This document shows, in pieces, positions 1 to 10,694 of a stretch of 64,000 nt of DNA. The notes under the pieces are model-generated. The model did no database searches and had not been told where the DNA came from. It saw only the letters and a program-made list of their open reading frames with translations. Positions within the stretch are counted from its first letter, which is position 1. Every line of letters starts with the position of its first letter. This DNA is from Candidatus Binatia bacterium (GTDB lineage: Bacteria > Desulfobacterota > Binatia > HRBIN30): NCBI GenBank assembly GCA_038245295.1, contig JBBRSP010000008.1:96001-160000 (forward strand), read 5' to 3'. Made by a program: the position numbers and the translations under genes.

Positions 1-329
1 CGCTTGTGCCCTGCAAACGCTCGATGGGCTTGGTCGACTTGTGGGCGTCCACCTCTCGCACCCACCCGCTAGTGCAGGTACCCGCACTTCAAGTATCAGA
101 GCGGCGATTCGGCGTGTGGGTATTGGCAACACAAGGGCGCCGAAGTCGAGCTGCGATTTTCACCGCTGGCTCCCGGGTAGAAAAACGGCTCGAACCGCCG
201 ACGCGGAGGTCGCCCGACGTCGGCGCGGCCGCCTGCATCGACCATTTCTCTGTAGTTTGGCTCACCGCCGACGTTTGGTGGAGCCGGTACGCCGATTACA
301 AGGAGACGACAGAAGGGAACGGTCAGCAC

Positions 330-353
330 CGCAAGCTGAAGCTTGCGCCTACC
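330..353 (-). repeat. GTAG-type REP palindrome (family A)
   Basis: CGCAAGCTGAAGCTTGCGCCTACC; the reverse complement starts GGTAG followed by an imperfect hairpin; recurs many times in the window. Confidence 0.8.
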
Positions 354-360
354 GATCGGG

Positions 361-404
361 AAAAGAGAACGGGCCGGCAACCTTGCGGTTGCCGGCCCGT
401 TCTC
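361..404 (-). terminator. Rho-independent terminator of glnA
   Basis: Perfect 18-bp stem (365-382/387-404) with a GCAA loop on the minus strand, followed by TTTT, 21 nt after the glnA stop. Confidence 0.85.
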
Positions 405-425
405 GCGCGCGGTTGAACGGGTCGA

Positions 426-1838
426 TTACCCGTCGTGGTACATGGCGAATTCGTGTGGATGCGGGCGCAAGCGCACGGCCGAGACTTCGTTCGACATCTT
501 CCAGTCGATCCAGCTCTCGATGACATCCTCGGTGAACACATCGCCCTTGAGGAGGAACTCGTAGTCCTTCTTCAAGTTACCGATGGATTCTTCGAGGCTC
601 GCCGGCATGCCGGGGACGTTCTTCAACTCTTCCGGCGTCAAGGAGTAGATGTCCTTGTCGAGGGGTTCGCCGGGGTTGATGCGCTTCTGGATGCCGTCGA
701 GGCCGGCCAGCATCATCGCCGGGAAGGCGAGGTAGCCATTGGCCATCGGGTCGGGGAAACGGACCTCGATACGCTTGGCCTTCGGGCTCGGGCTGTACAT
801 CGGGATACGCACAGCGGCCGAACGGTTGCGGCTCGAGTACGCCAAGTTGGCGGGGGCTTCGAAGCCTGGGACCAGACGGCGGTAACTGTTGGTGGTCGGG
901 TTGGTGAACGCGGCGAGGGCCGGGGCGTGCTTCAGGATGCCGCCGATGTAGTGCATGGCCATTTCGCTCATGCCGCCGTAGCCGTTGCCGGCGAAGAGCG
1001 GCTTGTCGCCCTTCCAGATGCTCTGGTGGCAGTGCATGCCGCTGCCGTTGTCGCCGAAGATCGGCTTCGGCATGAACGTCGCAACCTTGCCGTGCTTACG
1101 GGCAACGTTCTTGACGATGTACTTGTACCACATGAGGGCGTCGGCCATTTGCACCAGCGGCAGGAAGCGCAGGTCGATTTCGGCCTGGCCGGCGGTGGCG
1201 ACTTCGTGGTGATGCTTCTCGACGCGCAGGCCGACCTGCTCCATGACACGACACATCTCGGAGCGGATGTCCTGCTGGCTGTCGGTCGGCGGAACCGGGA
1301 AGTAGCCTTCCTTGTTGCGCGGCTTGAAGGCCAGGTTCGGACCTTCGTCGCGGCCGCTGTTCCAGATGCCTTCGACGGAATCCATGAAGTAGTAGCCGGA
1401 GTGTTGGTTCTGACCGAAGCGCAGGTCGTCGAAGATGAAGAACTCGGGCTCCGGACCGAAGTAGACCGTCTCACCAACGCCGCTGGCCTTCAGGTAAGCC
1501 TCGGCCTTGCGGGCGATGTAGCGCGGGTCGCGCGAGTACTCTTCCTTGGTGATCGGGTCGACGATGTTGCAGACCACCGACAAGGTGGGCTCTTCGAAGA
1601 ACGGGTCGATGCGGGTGGTCGTCGCGTCCGGAACCGCCAACATGTCGCTGGCGTTGATCGGCTGCCAACCGCGGATCGACGAACCGTCGAAGCCCGAGCC
1701 ATCCTGGAATGTGCTCTCATCAAACTCGCTGACCGGTGTCGTGAAGTGCTGCCAGGTGCCGAGGAAGTCGACGAACTTGAAGTCGACCATCGTGCACTTG
1801 TTGTCCTTCATGAACTTGATCGCTTCTTTAGGCGACAT
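426..1838 (-). CDS. glnA: Glutamine synthetase type I
   Basis: [38 protein letters not shown], adenylylation loop DKDIYSL; start set at MSPKEAIK (GGAGGAG SD), 470 aa. Confidence 0.97.
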   Translation of the reverse strand: MSPKEAIKFMKDNKCTMVDFKFVDFLGTWQHFTTPVSEFDESTFQDGSGFDGSSIRGWQPINASDMLAVPDATTTRIDPFFEEPTLSVVCNIVDPITKEEYSRDPRYIARKAEAYLKASGVGETVYFGPEPEFFIFDDLRFGQNQHSGYYFMDSVEGIWNSGRDEGPNLAFKPRNKEGYFPVPPTDSQQDIRSEMCRVMEQVGLRVEKHHHEVATAGQAEIDLRFLPLVQMADALMWYKYIVKNVARKHGKVATFMPKPIFGDNGSGMHCHQSIWKGDKPLFAGNGYGGMSEMAMHYIGGILKHAPALAAFTNPTTNSYRRLVPGFEAPANLAYSSRNRSAAVRIPMYSPSPKAKRIEVRFPDPMANGYLAFPAMMLAGLDGIQKRINPGEPLDKDIYSLTPEELKNVPGMPASLEESIGNLKKDYEFLLKGDVFTEDVIESWIDWKMSNEVSAVRLRPHPHEFAMYHDG

Positions 1839-1899
1839 CCCCTGGCTCCTCCCTGCAGTTGCGGGTTTGGGGGCCGCAGCTTTGGCGGCCGGTTTCTTG

Positions 1900-2247
<348 letters not shown>

Positions 2248-2324
2248 CTACTTTCTATTCTCGGCGCTTTGAACCGCGTGTTTCTATTTCACCCATCCGG
2301 GGCTGTAAAGGCATCGTACCTGCC

Positions 2325-3656
2325 TCACAGCGTGTAGGCGTTTTCCCCGTGCTGTGACAGGTCCAGGCCAACAGCCTCGTCGTCCTCGTTGACGCGCAGG
2401 CCGACTACCGCATCCACGAACTTGAAGAGGATCGCTGCGCCGATTCCTCCGAAGGTGATGGTGACAACCACCCCGATGATCTGCACGAGCAATTGATGTG
2501 GGTTGCCGTACAACAACCCGTCTGCACCTCCCGCGTTGACTGACGTGGTGGCGAAAATCCCCGTCAGAATAGCTCCCGTCGTTCCCCCAACAAAGTGCAC
2601 GCCCACGACGTCGAGCGAGTCGTCGTAGCCTAAGTGACGCTTGAGGTTGCAGGCGTTGAAGCAAATGACTCCGCCAATCGCTCCCATCACGAGCGCTGCC
2701 AACGGCGTCACGAAACCTGCTGCCGGCGTGATGACCACCAGACCAGCCACCGCACCGCTGGCCGCTCCCAGCACCGTCGGTTTGCCGTGTTTCATCCACT
2801 CGGCGAAAGTCCATCCGAGAGTCGCTGCCGCGGCTGCCGTGTTGGTCGCCACAAAGGCGCTGGTGGCCAATCCATTCGCTGCCAAGGCGCTGCCGGCGTT
2901 GAAGCCGAACCAACCGACCCAAAGAAGCCCGGCGCCGGTCACCGCGAACGGCAAATTGTGCGGCATCATCTGGTCGTGCGGATAACCCCGACGCTTGCCC
3001 ATCATGATGCAACCCACCAGGGCTGCAACGCCGGAACTGATATGGACGACCGTGCCGCCGGCGAAGTCCAGAGCTTTCAGGCTGCCGGTCAGACCCATCC
3101 AACCGTGGAAGCCCCAGACCCAGTGTGCAAGCGGATCGTAGATGAGTGTCGCCCAGAGAACGCTGAAGAGGAGAAAGGCGCTGAACTTCATGCGCTCGGC
3201 CACCGCGCCGGTAATCAGTGCCGGAGTGATGACGGCGAACATGCACTGGTAGATCATGAACGCTTGATGCGGGATGGTCGCCGCATAATCCGGATTCGGA
3301 TCCGCACCCACACCGATGAGACCCAGCCAGTCGAGTCCGCCGATCAACCCGCCATGGTCCGGCCCGAAGGCCAGTGTGTAGCCAAACAAAACCCATTGAA
3401 CGCTGATCACCGCCATCATGATGAAGCTCTGCATGATGGTCGCCAGGGCATTCGTCCGACGCACTAATCCGCCGTAAAAGAGCGCCAGGCCCGGTGCCGT
3501 CATCATCAGAACCAATGCTGCCGAGGTCAGAATCCATGCCGTGTCGCCGGAGTCGATCTTCGCCGGCTCGCCGGCAAACGCCGCCGAAGCCGACATCAGA
3601 ATCGCTGCTGCACAAGGCAAACCTATACCCGAGCACTTCCGTAGACGCTCCTTCAT
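2325..3656 (-). CDS. amtB: Ammonium transporter
   Basis: DFAGGTVVHISSG, WFGFNAGS, DDSLDVVGVH, GLDLSQHGE; signal peptide plus many TM helices. Confidence 0.97.
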   Translation of the reverse strand: MKERLRKCSGIGLPCAAAILMSASAAFAGEPAKIDSGDTAWILTSAALVLMMTAPGLALFYGGLVRRTNALATIMQSFIMMAVISVQWVLFGYTLAFGPDHGGLIGGLDWLGLIGVGADPNPDYAATIPHQAFMIYQCMFAVITPALITGAVAERMKFSAFLLFSVLWATLIYDPLAHWVWGFHGWMGLTGSLKALDFAGGTVVHISSGVAALVGCIMMGKRRGYPHDQMMPHNLPFAVTGAGLLWVGWFGFNAGSALAANGLATSAFVATNTAAAAATLGWTFAEWMKHGKPTVLGAASGAVAGLVVITPAAGFVTPLAALVMGAIGGVICFNACNLKRHLGYDDSLDVVGVHFVGGTTGAILTGIFATTSVNAGGADGLLYGNPHQLLVQIIGVVVTITFGGIGAAILFKFVDAVVGLRVNEDDEAVGLDLSQHGENAYTL

Positions 3657-3724
3657 TACACCCCTCCTTGGTTGTCAAAGGTGATGGCCTCCCAAGCCAT
3701 CACCGCTGCTCAACGCGTAGGCAG

Positions 3725-3741
3725 AGCAACGGTGGTGCCAG
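3725..3741 (-). promoter_or_regulatory. sigma54 -24/-12 promoter of amtB
   Basis: Minus strand CTGGCACCACCGTTGCT = TGGCAC-N5-TTGC consensus, about 70 nt upstream of amtB. Confidence 0.85.
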
Positions 3742-3794
3742 GGTTCACGATCACCAAAGAAAACATCTTGGGTGCCGAATGTGGTGGTAATCTG

Positions 3795-3829
3795 TGCAAC
3801 TCAAGTAGGCAGTGCCTATTCGTGAGGCG
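3795..3829. promoter_or_regulatory. Tandem NtrC-like enhancer boxes
   Basis: TGC-N11-GCA (3795-3811) and TGC-N11-GCG (3813-3829), upstream of the sigma54 site. Confidence 0.5.
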
Positions 3830-3868
3830 GCATACAGGGAAGGAACGCCCGTGTTCCGGGCGCGCCAA

Positions 3869-4456
3869 TCACCGTCCTTTAGGCTCGAATCGCCCTTCCT
3901 GGCCGCGTAGGAGACGGTCGAGATTTTCCCGATGTCGCCACACGATTAGCAGGGCGATGGCGACGGCGGCGCCGCGGACGCTCGGCGGATAGTCGAGCGC
4001 GGCACATGTCAGCGGCAATGATGTGCTACCGAGAATGGAGCCGAGCGAGACGGTGCGGGTAACCGCAAAGGTTGCCGCAAACACCACAACGGCGGCCGCG
4101 GCGCTCCACGGCGCCAGGATCAGGAATACGCCGAGGGCCGTGGCGACACCTTTGCCGCCACGCAGTCCGAGGAAGATCGAGAATGTGTGTCCCACCACGG
4201 CGGCGGTCCCTGCCATTGCCGCAAGGTCGACGTTGCCGATCAGCAAAGCGATGGTGGCGGGGACCAATCCCTTCAAAATGTCGCTGATCAGAGTGATGAT
4301 ACCGAGGCGCATGCCCAGGGTCCGCGCGACATTGGTGGCGCCGGTGTTTCCACTGCCGTGGCTTCGAATGTCGGTGCCGCTCAGGCGAGCCAGCCAGGCG
4401 CCGGTTGGGATCGAGCCGACAAGATAGGCGACAACAACAACGGCGGCAGTCGGCAC
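3869..4456 (-). CDS. plsY: Glycerol-3-phosphate acyltransferase PlsY
   Basis: AYLVGSIP, DIRSHGSGNTGATN, GGKGVATALG, HRENLDRLLRGQE. Confidence 0.95.
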   Translation of the reverse strand: MPTAAVVVVAYLVGSIPTGAWLARLSGTDIRSHGSGNTGATNVARTLGMRLGIITLISDILKGLVPATIALLIGNVDLAAMAGTAAVVGHTFSIFLGLRGGKGVATALGVFLILAPWSAAAAVVVFAATFAVTRTVSLGSILGSTSLPLTCAALDYPPSVRGAAVAIALLIVWRHRENLDRLLRGQEGRFEPKGR

Positions 4457-4458
4457 GT

Positions 4459-5565
4459 TCAGAACCGTAGGCGCGACCGACGGCTGCGTTCGAGTCGCCG
4501 TTCGTAGGATCTTCCCATGCTGCCACCGAACAGGGCGCCGACGAAGAGCAGCAGAATGCCAAACGGCGAGAACGGTCCTTCGTCGGTCTTGGCCCGCACG
4601 GGGGTTGGCTCGGCGTCCATCGCCGCGCCGGGCGCGCCGGTCCCCAGCCGCTTGTCCAGTGCTTCGAGGCTACTCGCCATGCGCGCCAGCTCGCGCGCGA
4701 CATCGGGCGTAACAACCGGGGTAGCGAGAACGGAAGTCGGGGTTGCCGTCGGCATGGATTCAGAGCGGTGCTTCCACAGCGCCAGCTCTTCGCGTTGTGT
4801 CTCCAGCTGCGCTTCGAGCTCCTTGATACGCTTGGCGGCGGCCGGGTCGTTGAACACGCGCTCACGGGTTGGCGTGACCGATGGCCGCTCGGTGGCGGAG
4901 GGTACGAAACGCGTCGGCGTCGCCGTCTTTGGCGCGCGGGTCGGTGTCTCGGACGGGTGAGGGCGGGTATTGGTGGGCAACGGTGCCGTGGCGGTGGGCC
5001 GTGGTTGGGTTTCGGTTGGTCTTATCGAAGCGCTGCGGATTGGCGTTGCCGACGGCAAGCTGAGCCAGATCGCCGTGGCGGTTGGGCTTACCGGCCTCGC
5101 CACGGTGAACGTCGGCAACCTGAGCGGCGTTGTTGTCGGTACCAAGGTGATCGTGAATGTCGGCCGCGGCGTCGGCGTGCGCACCGCGAGTCGGGTTGGG
5201 GCGAGGCGCGTCGGGGTAGCGCGGATTGCCGTCGGCCGATGCTCCGGTTCGCCGGGGAACGAGAGAAATTGAGTGGCGACGTAGCCAACCTGGCCGCTGG
5301 CCGTGCTGATCCGTGTCCAGTCGCCGAGGGTGTCTTGAACTTCGACGGTACTGCCGCTGGGGATACTGGCGAAGGGTGGGAACTCGTTGCCCGGACCGCG
5401 TCGTACGAACACCTTCTCGGTGCCCGTAACAATCGCCATGGCGCCCTGGGCCATCGACGCGAGCGGGAGTGCCAACGCTATTCCGATAAGGACAAGCCCC
5501 ACGCCAAGCCACCGCTTCGTTGTGAAACGAGTCCGGTCGCGACAGCTCTGGGGTTGGGTCGTCAT
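4459..5565 (-). CDS. SH3b-domain protein with Pro/Thr-rich linker, coiled coil and C-terminal membrane anchor (YgiM-like layout)
   Basis: Signal peptide, VRRGPG...WTRI...GYV, long PT-rich tract, heptad segment, hydrophobic helix followed by Arg-rich tail. Confidence 0.75.
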   Translation of the reverse strand: MTTQPQSCRDRTRFTTKRWLGVGLVLIGIALALPLASMAQGAMAIVTGTEKVFVRRGPGNEFPPFASIPSGSTVEVQDTLGDWTRISTASGQVGYVATQFLSFPGEPEHRPTAIRATPTRLAPTRLAVRTPTPRPTFTITLVPTTTPLRLPTFTVARPVSPTATAIWLSLPSATPIRSASIRPTETQPRPTATAPLPTNTRPHPSETPTRAPKTATPTRFVPSATERPSVTPTRERVFNDPAAAKRIKELEAQLETQREELALWKHRSESMPTATPTSVLATPVVTPDVARELARMASSLEALDKRLGTGAPGAAMDAEPTPVRAKTDEGPFSPFGILLLFVGALFGGSMGRSYERRLERSRRSRLRF

Positions 5566-5604
5566 CGAGCTGGGTTACGGTGCATCGCGGCTTCCATTGA
5601 AAAG

Positions 5605-5681
5605 TGGTCGGGGTGACTGGACTTGAACCAGCGGCCTCACGGTCCCGAACCGTGCGCTCTACCAGTCTGAGCTACACCCCG
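5605..5681 (-). tRNA. tRNA-Pro(CGG)
   Basis: CGGGGTGTAGCTCAG...CACGG-TTCGGGA-CCGTG...GTTCAAGTC...CCCCGACCA, 77 nt with encoded CCA. Confidence 0.97.
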
Positions 5682-5979
5682 GCGACAAAAACTTTCAATG
5701 GAGGTCTCGATGCACCGAGGCGCGGTCCTAACACACTAAGTTGGATTTGCAACCAAACGGTCGCGCCGGGTGGTGGGGGCATTTCAACCGAGTGCCCATG
5801 AACTCAGTGCCACCGCGTTGTTGGAGACCAAGCTCCCCCTCTCCCACTTCGAATGGATTTGTCGATCGGTGGGAGAGGTCGGGGTCAATGTCGTTAAGTT
5901 CGCGAGAGAAGTGCGTCGTCCCGGCCTCCGCGTCTGTCGACTTTCTCTGATTCATCGTTTGAAACAGCGCAAACACCCC

Positions 5980-6060
5980 CGTCATACCGGCGAAAGCCGG
6001 TATCTCCCCAGCATTCTCGGCCTTCTACTCGAGGAGATCCCGGCTTTCGCCGGGATGACG
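5980..6060. repeat. Paired palindromic intergenic element (dRS3/RIME-like)
   Basis: CGTCATACCGGCGAAAGCCGGTATCTCC ... GGAGATCCCGGCTTTCGCCGGGATGACG, two hairpins in inverted arrangement. Confidence 0.7.
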
Positions 6061-6202
6061 TTGCCTCATTTCAGTTTATCGACAGTCTCCTCCTCCGGTA
6101 TGACGAGGCTCCGCATTGGCCCTCACCCTCGCTTAACGACATTGGGGTCGGGGTGAGGGGGCTTTGCACGTAAATTTGACGATCAACCAGCGTTCAGCTC
6201 AC

Positions 6203-6226
6203 CGCAGGCTGAAGCCTGCGCCTACC
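6203..6226 (-). repeat. GTAG-type REP (family A)
   Basis: CGCAGGCTGAAGCCTGCGCCTACC. Confidence 0.85.
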
Positions 6227-6274
6227 ACGCTGAATCCACTGGCGAATGCCTCGCGCCGGCCGGCCCAATCCCCG

Positions 6275-6964
6275 CTACTCATCAGCCGCGGCGGCGCCGC
6301 GTTCGGCGTTGGCGCGCATCTCGGCGATGGTCGCCACATAATCTTTTGCCTTGAAGACACCCGAGCCCGAGACCAACACCTCGGCGCCGGCTTCGGCCAC
6401 CAGCTCCGCATTGTCCGTCTTGATACCGCCGTCGATCTCGATCAGGAACGACAACCCATGCGCAGCCCGATAACGTTTGGCCTCGCGCACCTTGTCCAAC
6501 ACCGAGCCGATAAACCCTTGCGCCCCGAAGCCCGGGTGGACACTCATCACCAGCAACATATCGACCTGATCAAGCACCGGAATCGCGGCGCTCAGCGGCG
6601 TATCGGGATTGATCACCACTCCCGGTTTCACCCCAGCGGCGCGAATGTCGGCGATCACCTGGCGCAGATCACCTTTGATCTCGGCGTGCACCGACAGGTA
6701 ATCGGTGCCGGTTTCGGCAAACGCGGCGACGTACTTCTCCGGTTCAGAGATCATCAGATGTGTGTCGACGACGATCTTGGTGCTGCGTCGAACCGCCTTC
6801 ACGATATCCGGCCCAAGGCTGAGATTGGGTACGAAGTGACCGTCCATGACATCCACGTGTATCCAGTCGGCACCGGCCTCGGCCACGGCCTTCACCTCGG
6901 CGCCCAGCTTCGTGAAGTCGGCACTCAGGATGGAGGGAGCAATTCGAATCACGCTGGGCTGCAT
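6275..6964 (-). CDS. rpe: Ribulose-phosphate 3-epimerase
   Basis: IAPSILSADF, HVDVMDGHFVPN, MSVHPGFGAQ, IEIDGGI. Confidence 0.97.
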   Translation of the reverse strand: MQPSVIRIAPSILSADFTKLGAEVKAVAEAGADWIHVDVMDGHFVPNLSLGPDIVKAVRRSTKIVVDTHLMISEPEKYVAAFAETGTDYLSVHAEIKGDLRQVIADIRAAGVKPGVVINPDTPLSAAIPVLDQVDMLLVMSVHPGFGAQGFIGSVLDKVREAKRYRAAHGLSFLIEIDGGIKTDNAELVAEAGAEVLVSGSGVFKAKDYVATIAEMRANAERGAAAADE

Positions 6965-7321
6965 ATCCTTAGCCGCGCCGCGGCACAACATTGGCCCGTG
7001 ACCGTTGACGACAGTGCTCCCTAAGCGCCGGGCTTTCGCTCGTATGCGTCGTGTTCACGAGGAAAGATGCCGCCACTACGAGGCTCGGCAAGACGAGTGT
7101 TGTGCCCCAGATTGCTGCGATCGTCACGGCGCGCCACGCAACGCCCATCATCCTGTCTCCCCGGCTCGCAACTTGCTCGACCTTGTAGAGCGAAGTCAAC
7201 TCGTGGCTTGCGTCTTCGTGAGAGGAACATTGTGTTGCTCTTGATCTGGATTTGCTCATTGCGGAGTCGGGTTCGGCACGGCCAGGCGGCTTTGCACGCC
7301 AATTCTTCCAGGAGACGATGT

Positions 7322-7968
7322 TCAAATTCCCCCGCGGACTGCTCGGATCGCGTCTGAACCGATCTTGACCGCGCGGACCGGCTCTCCATCGCTGACTTGG
7401 ACTGCCCAGACGAGAGAAGCATCGGGAAGAACATTCGTGCCCGACCAAGTGTCGAGCGAAGGGGCCAGGCCAAGAGCAGGATCGACGCAGGGCTCCGAAG
7501 GACACCTGCATATGGCCCCCAAGCCCGCTCCCGAGCAGCGAAAATCGAGGGTTGGGGTCTGAATCTCAGCGAGCGTCGGAAGACGCCAACCGTTCGCCCC
7601 GGCAAATCCCGCTCCGCTATTCATTGTCGCGAGAGCGTTTGTGAAAACGGTGCCGTCCTCCGCGTATGAGGGATTCGTGCTCCACGAGAAACTCGCCCCG
7701 ACATGCGTGTGGTTCCCATCAGGGAAACGCTTGCCTGAAACGCAGTCCACCTTCTGAAATAACTGTGTCGACACTTCGAGTGCGCCGCATACTTGTCGGG
7801 GAAAAGCCCCTTCGCCTCCTTTGCCAGAACCGCGTCCACGCAGCTGACGTATCTCTTCCAAGCAGTGATGCGCTGATAGTCGCAATTCTGCTGTGCCGTC
7901 GGCGCTGCGATGGCGGCAGTCGCGTTGAGCAGTGCGGCGCCTACCCTGATCAAGATGGCTTTTGTCAT
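7322..7968 (-). pseudogene. Frameshifted/deleted secreted DUF1566 (Lcl C-terminal) protein
   Basis: Signal peptide and Cys-rich N-terminus in one frame (MTKAILIR...GTT); FAGANGWRLPTLAEI...RAVRGG in another frame; break near 7700. Confidence 0.7.
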
Positions 7969-8262
7969 TCCACGGTTCTGCTCCGGTGCGGTAGCCGCAG
8001 GCAAGGGACGACGGTTCGCGGCGTGCGCTGACCGCCAGTTGTTCGGCGACGCATCCAGAAATCATCATGGCGCGGCCTGCGGTGGCAAGGTTAGCAGTCC
8101 GTTGAAGTAGTCCGATTCTCAGATTTCCCCGTCTTCTCTTCCTCAATCGGGGAGCTTGGCGCGATATGCTTTGGAGCGACGCGCGGTCGAGCAGAACACT
8201 TTTGCGTTAGCGCCCCGACCGCTCCCAGGGGCTTTGCACGCCGATTCGTATTTGGAGCACTC

Positions 8263-8339
8263 CGCAGGCTGAAGCCTGCGCCTACCGGTTCCCATTCCGC
8301 CTGTGGTTGGAACTCCGCAGGCTGAAGCCTGCGCCTACC
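8263..8339 (-). repeat. Two direct copies of REP family A
   Basis: CGCAGGCTGAAGCCTGCGCCTACC at 8263-8286 and 8316-8339. Confidence 0.85.
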
Positions 8340-8342
8340 GGA

Positions 8343-9767
8343 TCAAGCCATAGAGGTCGTCGGGCGCCGCTTCATCCGGGCGGCGAAGAAGCCTGCCATG
8401 TTGTGACGGTGCGGCAACGTTCGCACCATCCCGTCGGCGTCGACGAGTGGTTGGGCCATTGCCGGCAACACGGCCGCCGCCGATTCGATCTCGAAGTCGG
8501 GGTGTGTATTCAGGAATGCGGCGATGACGTCGTCATTCTCCTCGCGCAACAGAGTGCAGGTCGAATAGACGAGGGCGCCGCCGGGCTTCACCATCGCCGC
8601 GACTCGATCGAGGATCTGCTTCTGCAACGCCGCTACCTGCTTCACGTCGTCCAGAATACGACGCCAGCGGATCTCTGGATGCTCGCGCAGAGTGCCGAGG
8701 CCCGAGCAGGGGGCATCAACCAGCACGACGTCAAAGCCGTTGCCCGGATCCGTCCACGTCGTCGCATCGGCCACCTCGGCGCGAATGCTGTGCAGGTGCA
8801 GACGGCGCGCCGCCTGACGCACGCGCTCGACACCCTCGGGATGCGGATCGAGGGCGATGATTTGACCGCGATCCTGCATCTGTTCCGCCAGGTGTGTTGT
8901 TTTTCCACCCGGCGCGGCACAGGCGTCGAGGACACGCTGGCCGGGTTGTGGCGCCGCCAGCAGTCCAACGATCTGCGACGCCTCATTTTGGATCGTCCCG
9001 CTCTCCCCGAGGTCGAGCACCGACGACGTTCCCTCCAGACGTAATCCGACCGGCGAGTAGCGCGCCGGAATCGCCGCGATGTCACGCGCCACGAGCTCTT
9101 TGGTCAATGTCTCGATGGGCTGCTTCAGCAGATTGACGCGCAGCAACGTCGGCGCCGCTTCGTTGTTGGATTCGAGCAAGGCCTCGGTCTCGACGCGTCC
9201 GAACATGTCGAGCCACCGTTCGACGAGCCAACGCGGATGCGACCACTGTATCGCCAGGTAACCGACGAAGTCTTTCTTGGGCGACGGAAGCGCTACCTCC
9301 TGCCACGACGGTACGGCGCGTCGCAGCACGGCATTCACCATGCCGGCGGCGCCGCCATTGCGATGCGACTTGATGAGATCAACCGCCGTGTTCACCGCCG
9401 CGAAGCTCGGGATGCGATCCAATTTGGCCGCCTGATAAAGCCCAAGGCGCAAGATCGTGCGCACCGGGATCTCCAGCTTCTCGATCGGCTGGGAACAGTA
9501 CTTGGCCAGAACGTGGTCGAGAAACCCTTGCCACGCAATTGTGCCGTAGACGAGGCGTGTCACCAGACCCTGATCACGCGGCGCCAGCCCACTGGCTGGC
9601 AAGCGGCTGCCGACAAGGGCATCGGCGTAACCACCATCCTCTACCAGTTGAAGAATCTGCCAGGCCAACGCTCGCGCGTCCTGCGGCGGTCGCGTTGCCG
9701 GGCGTCGGCGAATGACGTGTCCGGTGCGTTGTTCAGACGGCGGGTCCTTCTCTTGATCATTACCCAT
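8343..9767 (-). CDS. rsmB: 16S rRNA m5C967 methyltransferase RsmB/Sun
   Basis: NusB-like N-domain, VLDACAAPGGKT, DAPCSGLG, VYSTCT; follows fmt. Confidence 0.95.
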   Translation of the reverse strand: MGNDQEKDPPSEQRTGHVIRRRPATRPPQDARALAWQILQLVEDGGYADALVGSRLPASGLAPRDQGLVTRLVYGTIAWQGFLDHVLAKYCSQPIEKLEIPVRTILRLGLYQAAKLDRIPSFAAVNTAVDLIKSHRNGGAAGMVNAVLRRAVPSWQEVALPSPKKDFVGYLAIQWSHPRWLVERWLDMFGRVETEALLESNNEAAPTLLRVNLLKQPIETLTKELVARDIAAIPARYSPVGLRLEGTSSVLDLGESGTIQNEASQIVGLLAAPQPGQRVLDACAAPGGKTTHLAEQMQDRGQIIALDPHPEGVERVRQAARRLHLHSIRAEVADATTWTDPGNGFDVVLVDAPCSGLGTLREHPEIRWRRILDDVKQVAALQKQILDRVAAMVKPGGALVYSTCTLLREENDDVIAAFLNTHPDFEIESAAAVLPAMAQPLVDADGMVRTLPHRHNMAGFFAARMKRRPTTSMA

Positions 9768-9770
9768 GAA

Positions 9771-10694
9771 TCAACCGCCGAGCTTGACGCCGCTACGTAA
9801 GGCGCCGCCGCGGGCACAATCGCGGGCGCTCATACGTTTGCGTCCTTCGACTTGAACCTCTTCGAGAACTAGGACTCCCGAACCCGTTCCCACGTGCACC
9901 GAAACTCCATCGTCGCTCACTTCTCCGGCGCGCCCCACCGCCGCCGCCGGGTGGGCGCGGTGGATCTTGAGCAGCTTGCCTTCCAGCGTCGTGAAGGCGG
10001 ACGGCCACGGGTTGAAGGCGCGCACCTGACGGCCGATTGCCGCAGCTGGTCGCTGCCAGTCGATACGCCCCTGTTCCTTCTCGATCATCGGCGCGTAGGT
10101 CACCAACGCTTCGTCTTGCACCTGCGGCACGAGCCGTCCGTCGGGCAGTTGCGCCAAGGCCTCGACGAGCGCCGCGGCGCCGATGTCGGCCAGGCGCGAT
10201 TGCAATTCCCCATAACTCTCGGTGTCGGAGATCGGTGTTACACGCTGCAGCAGAATATCGCCGGCGTCCATCTTTTCGCTCATCTGCATGATCGTTACGC
10301 CCGTTGTCGGATCACCTTCGAAGATGGCCCACTGAATCGGCGCGGCGCCGCGATGACGTGGCAGCAGCGACGCATGCACATTGATGCAGCCCCAGCGCGG
10401 CAAGTCGAGAATCGTTTTGGGAAGAATTTTGCCATACGCGGCAACCGCGATGAGCTCCGGTTGCCAGGCGCGTAGTGCTTCGAAGAACTCCGGATCGCGC
10501 GCCTTGGCCGGTTGCAGCAGCGGCAGTCTCAGCTCGATCGCTGCCAGTTTCACCGGCGGTGCCGCGACATGTTGCCCGCGCCCCGCCGGCTTATCGGCTT
10601 GGCAGACGACGCCAACCACCGAATGTCCGGCCGCCAGCAAGTGGCGCAGCGGCGCGACCGCGAACTCGGGCGTTCCGAAATAGACGATACGCAT
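9771..10694 (-). CDS. fmt: Methionyl-tRNA formyltransferase
   Basis: FGTPEFA, INVHASLLPRHRGAAPIQ, MDAGD, RAFNPWP. Confidence 0.97.
   Translation of the reverse strand: MRIVYFGTPEFAVAPLRHLLAAGHSVVGVVCQADKPAGRGQHVAAPPVKLAAIELRLPLLQPAKARDPEFFEALRAWQPELIAVAAYGKILPKTILDLPRWGCINVHASLLPRHRGAAPIQWAIFEGDPTTGVTIMQMSEKMDAGDILLQRVTPISDTESYGELQSRLADIGAAALVEALAQLPDGRLVPQVQDEALVTYAPMIEKEQGRIDWQRPAAAIGRQVRAFNPWPSAFTTLEGKLLKIHRAHPAAAVGRAGEVSDDGVSVHVGTGSGVLVLEEVQVEGRKRMSARDCARGGALRSGVKLGG

Noticed and set aside
1..325. Short ORFs and a possible minus-strand gene start at the window edge
   Set aside because: No motif or SD support within the visible sequence
2311..2324. Internal sigma54 site before the PII gene (GG-N10-GC)
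   Set aside because: Only the core dinucleotides match (AGGCAG...ATGC); too weak in a high-GC sequence
8252..8341. Two direct repeats with a ~30-nt spacer resembling a mini CRISPR
   Set aside because: Only two units, identical to the dispersed REP, and no cas genes or leader
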